Positions 63,260 through 64,000 of a DNA stretch of 64,000 nucleotides are shown here, piece after piece. Numbering within the stretch: position 1 is the first letter of the stretch; each line of letters opens with the position of its first letter. Location of the stretch: the NCBI RefSeq assembly GCF_030144855.1, contig NC_082721.1:28644001-28708000 (forward strand). The letters are read 5' to 3'. The stretch comes from Hypanus sabinus (Eukaryota). Both the position numbers and the translations under genes were made by a program. A model generated the notes under the pieces. It did not search any database. It saw only the letters and a program-made list of their open reading frames with translations, and was not told the origin of the DNA.

Positions 63260-63352
63260 AACAGACTCCTTACAGAATGGCGCCAGAATTGAACTCCAAA
63301 CTCTGAAACTTCCCGAGCTGTATATTGTCTTGCTAACAGCTACCGTGGCCCC
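63260..63352 (-). mobile_element. tRNA-derived SINE head
   Basis: Minus strand GGGGCCACGGTAGC...GGAGTTCAATTCTGGCGCC (A/B-box-like). Confidence 0.65.
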
Positions 63353-63524
63353 CTTGGATGAGTTGTAGGTATTTTGTATTTTCCATCTTAAAGTTTTATC
63401 CTGAATGAAGTGATTCCAAGAATCAGGAAATAGGAGCAGAAGCAAGCCCCTTGAAGCCTCAAACTTGCACCACCATTCAGTACCATTTGCCCTTCAGAGG
63501 AAAGTTGGGTTAAAACTACCTGTC

Positions 63525-63640
63525 ACTTGGTTGAGTTAGAAGGCTTGTGGGTTCAATCCAGAGATCTAAGCCAACGCTCCCGTACAATTGCTTAGACCAC
63601 ACTATGCAATTGGAAGTGCCGTCTTTCAGATGAGATACTA
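63525..63640 (+). mobile_element. Deu-domain SINE remnant
   Basis: GTGGGTTCAATCC B-box-like, then GGAAGTGCCGTCTTTCAGATGAGA. Confidence 0.65.
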
Positions 63641-63649
63641 GAGGAAAGT

Positions 63650-64000
63650 TACCCCTCCCTCGTCCTCCATGGCGAGGACCACTTTGCCAAAGCCAACCTC
63701 TCCGGGGTGCAGTGACGTCCTCCGACCAGTGGCTGTCGCTGCTGCGCGGCGGCGCCGGGCCGACCGAGCGGTTACTCCTGGCCAGTTTGCAGCCTCGTTG
63801 CCGGGAGCGCGGCGGCCCGAGCGAGGTGGCCGCGGCGGAGCAGAGCCTGTGACCTGGGGATGGTAAGCAAAGAGACCGAGGCCTCTGTGGGCCCAGGGGA
63901 TGGCCAGGCACCTACACGACCCCTCACCTCTCACCCCGGCCTTCTGCCTGGCCACCCTTTGGCCCTCTCTCCGCATCGCTACCCCCACATACGCCTCCCC
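63650..64000 (+). promoter_or_regulatory. CpG island and probable promoter plus first exon ending ATG (63860-63862) | GTAAGC
   Basis: Abrupt GC/CpG enrichment; CRE-like TGACGTCC at 63713-63720; strong donor G|GTAAGC. Gene identity not determinable here. Confidence 0.7.

Overview
Eukaryotic, repeat-dense, largely non-coding vertebrate DNA. The repeat complement (CR1/HER1-like LINEs, HE1/V-SINE-like and Deu-domain SINEs, Rex1/Babar, RTE, two kinds of Penelope-like element) suggests a cartilaginous fish, probably a ray; this is inference. Bases 1-8690 are a G/T-rich 24-bp minisatellite with an internal ~5-kb higher-order duplication, and its long ORFs are artefacts. The rest is nested retroelement fragments, three solo LTRs with target-site duplications (TSDs), a Tc1-like MITE, small tandem arrays and a 170-N gap. 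A CpG island at the right end holds a probable first exon ending ATG|GTAAGC. I recognised no host protein-coding gene. The most notable signals: (i) dispersed short Penelope-derived insertions carrying minimal type I hammerhead ribozyme motifs, some TSD-flanked and two as fold-back palindromes; (ii) an unexplained ~430-bp inverted repeat pair 13 kb apart with a near-identical core beside the gap; (iii) a full-length, TSD-flanked, highly structured RTE-derived non-autonomous element. Boundaries of degraded repeats are approximate, and family names come from motif recognition, not database searches.
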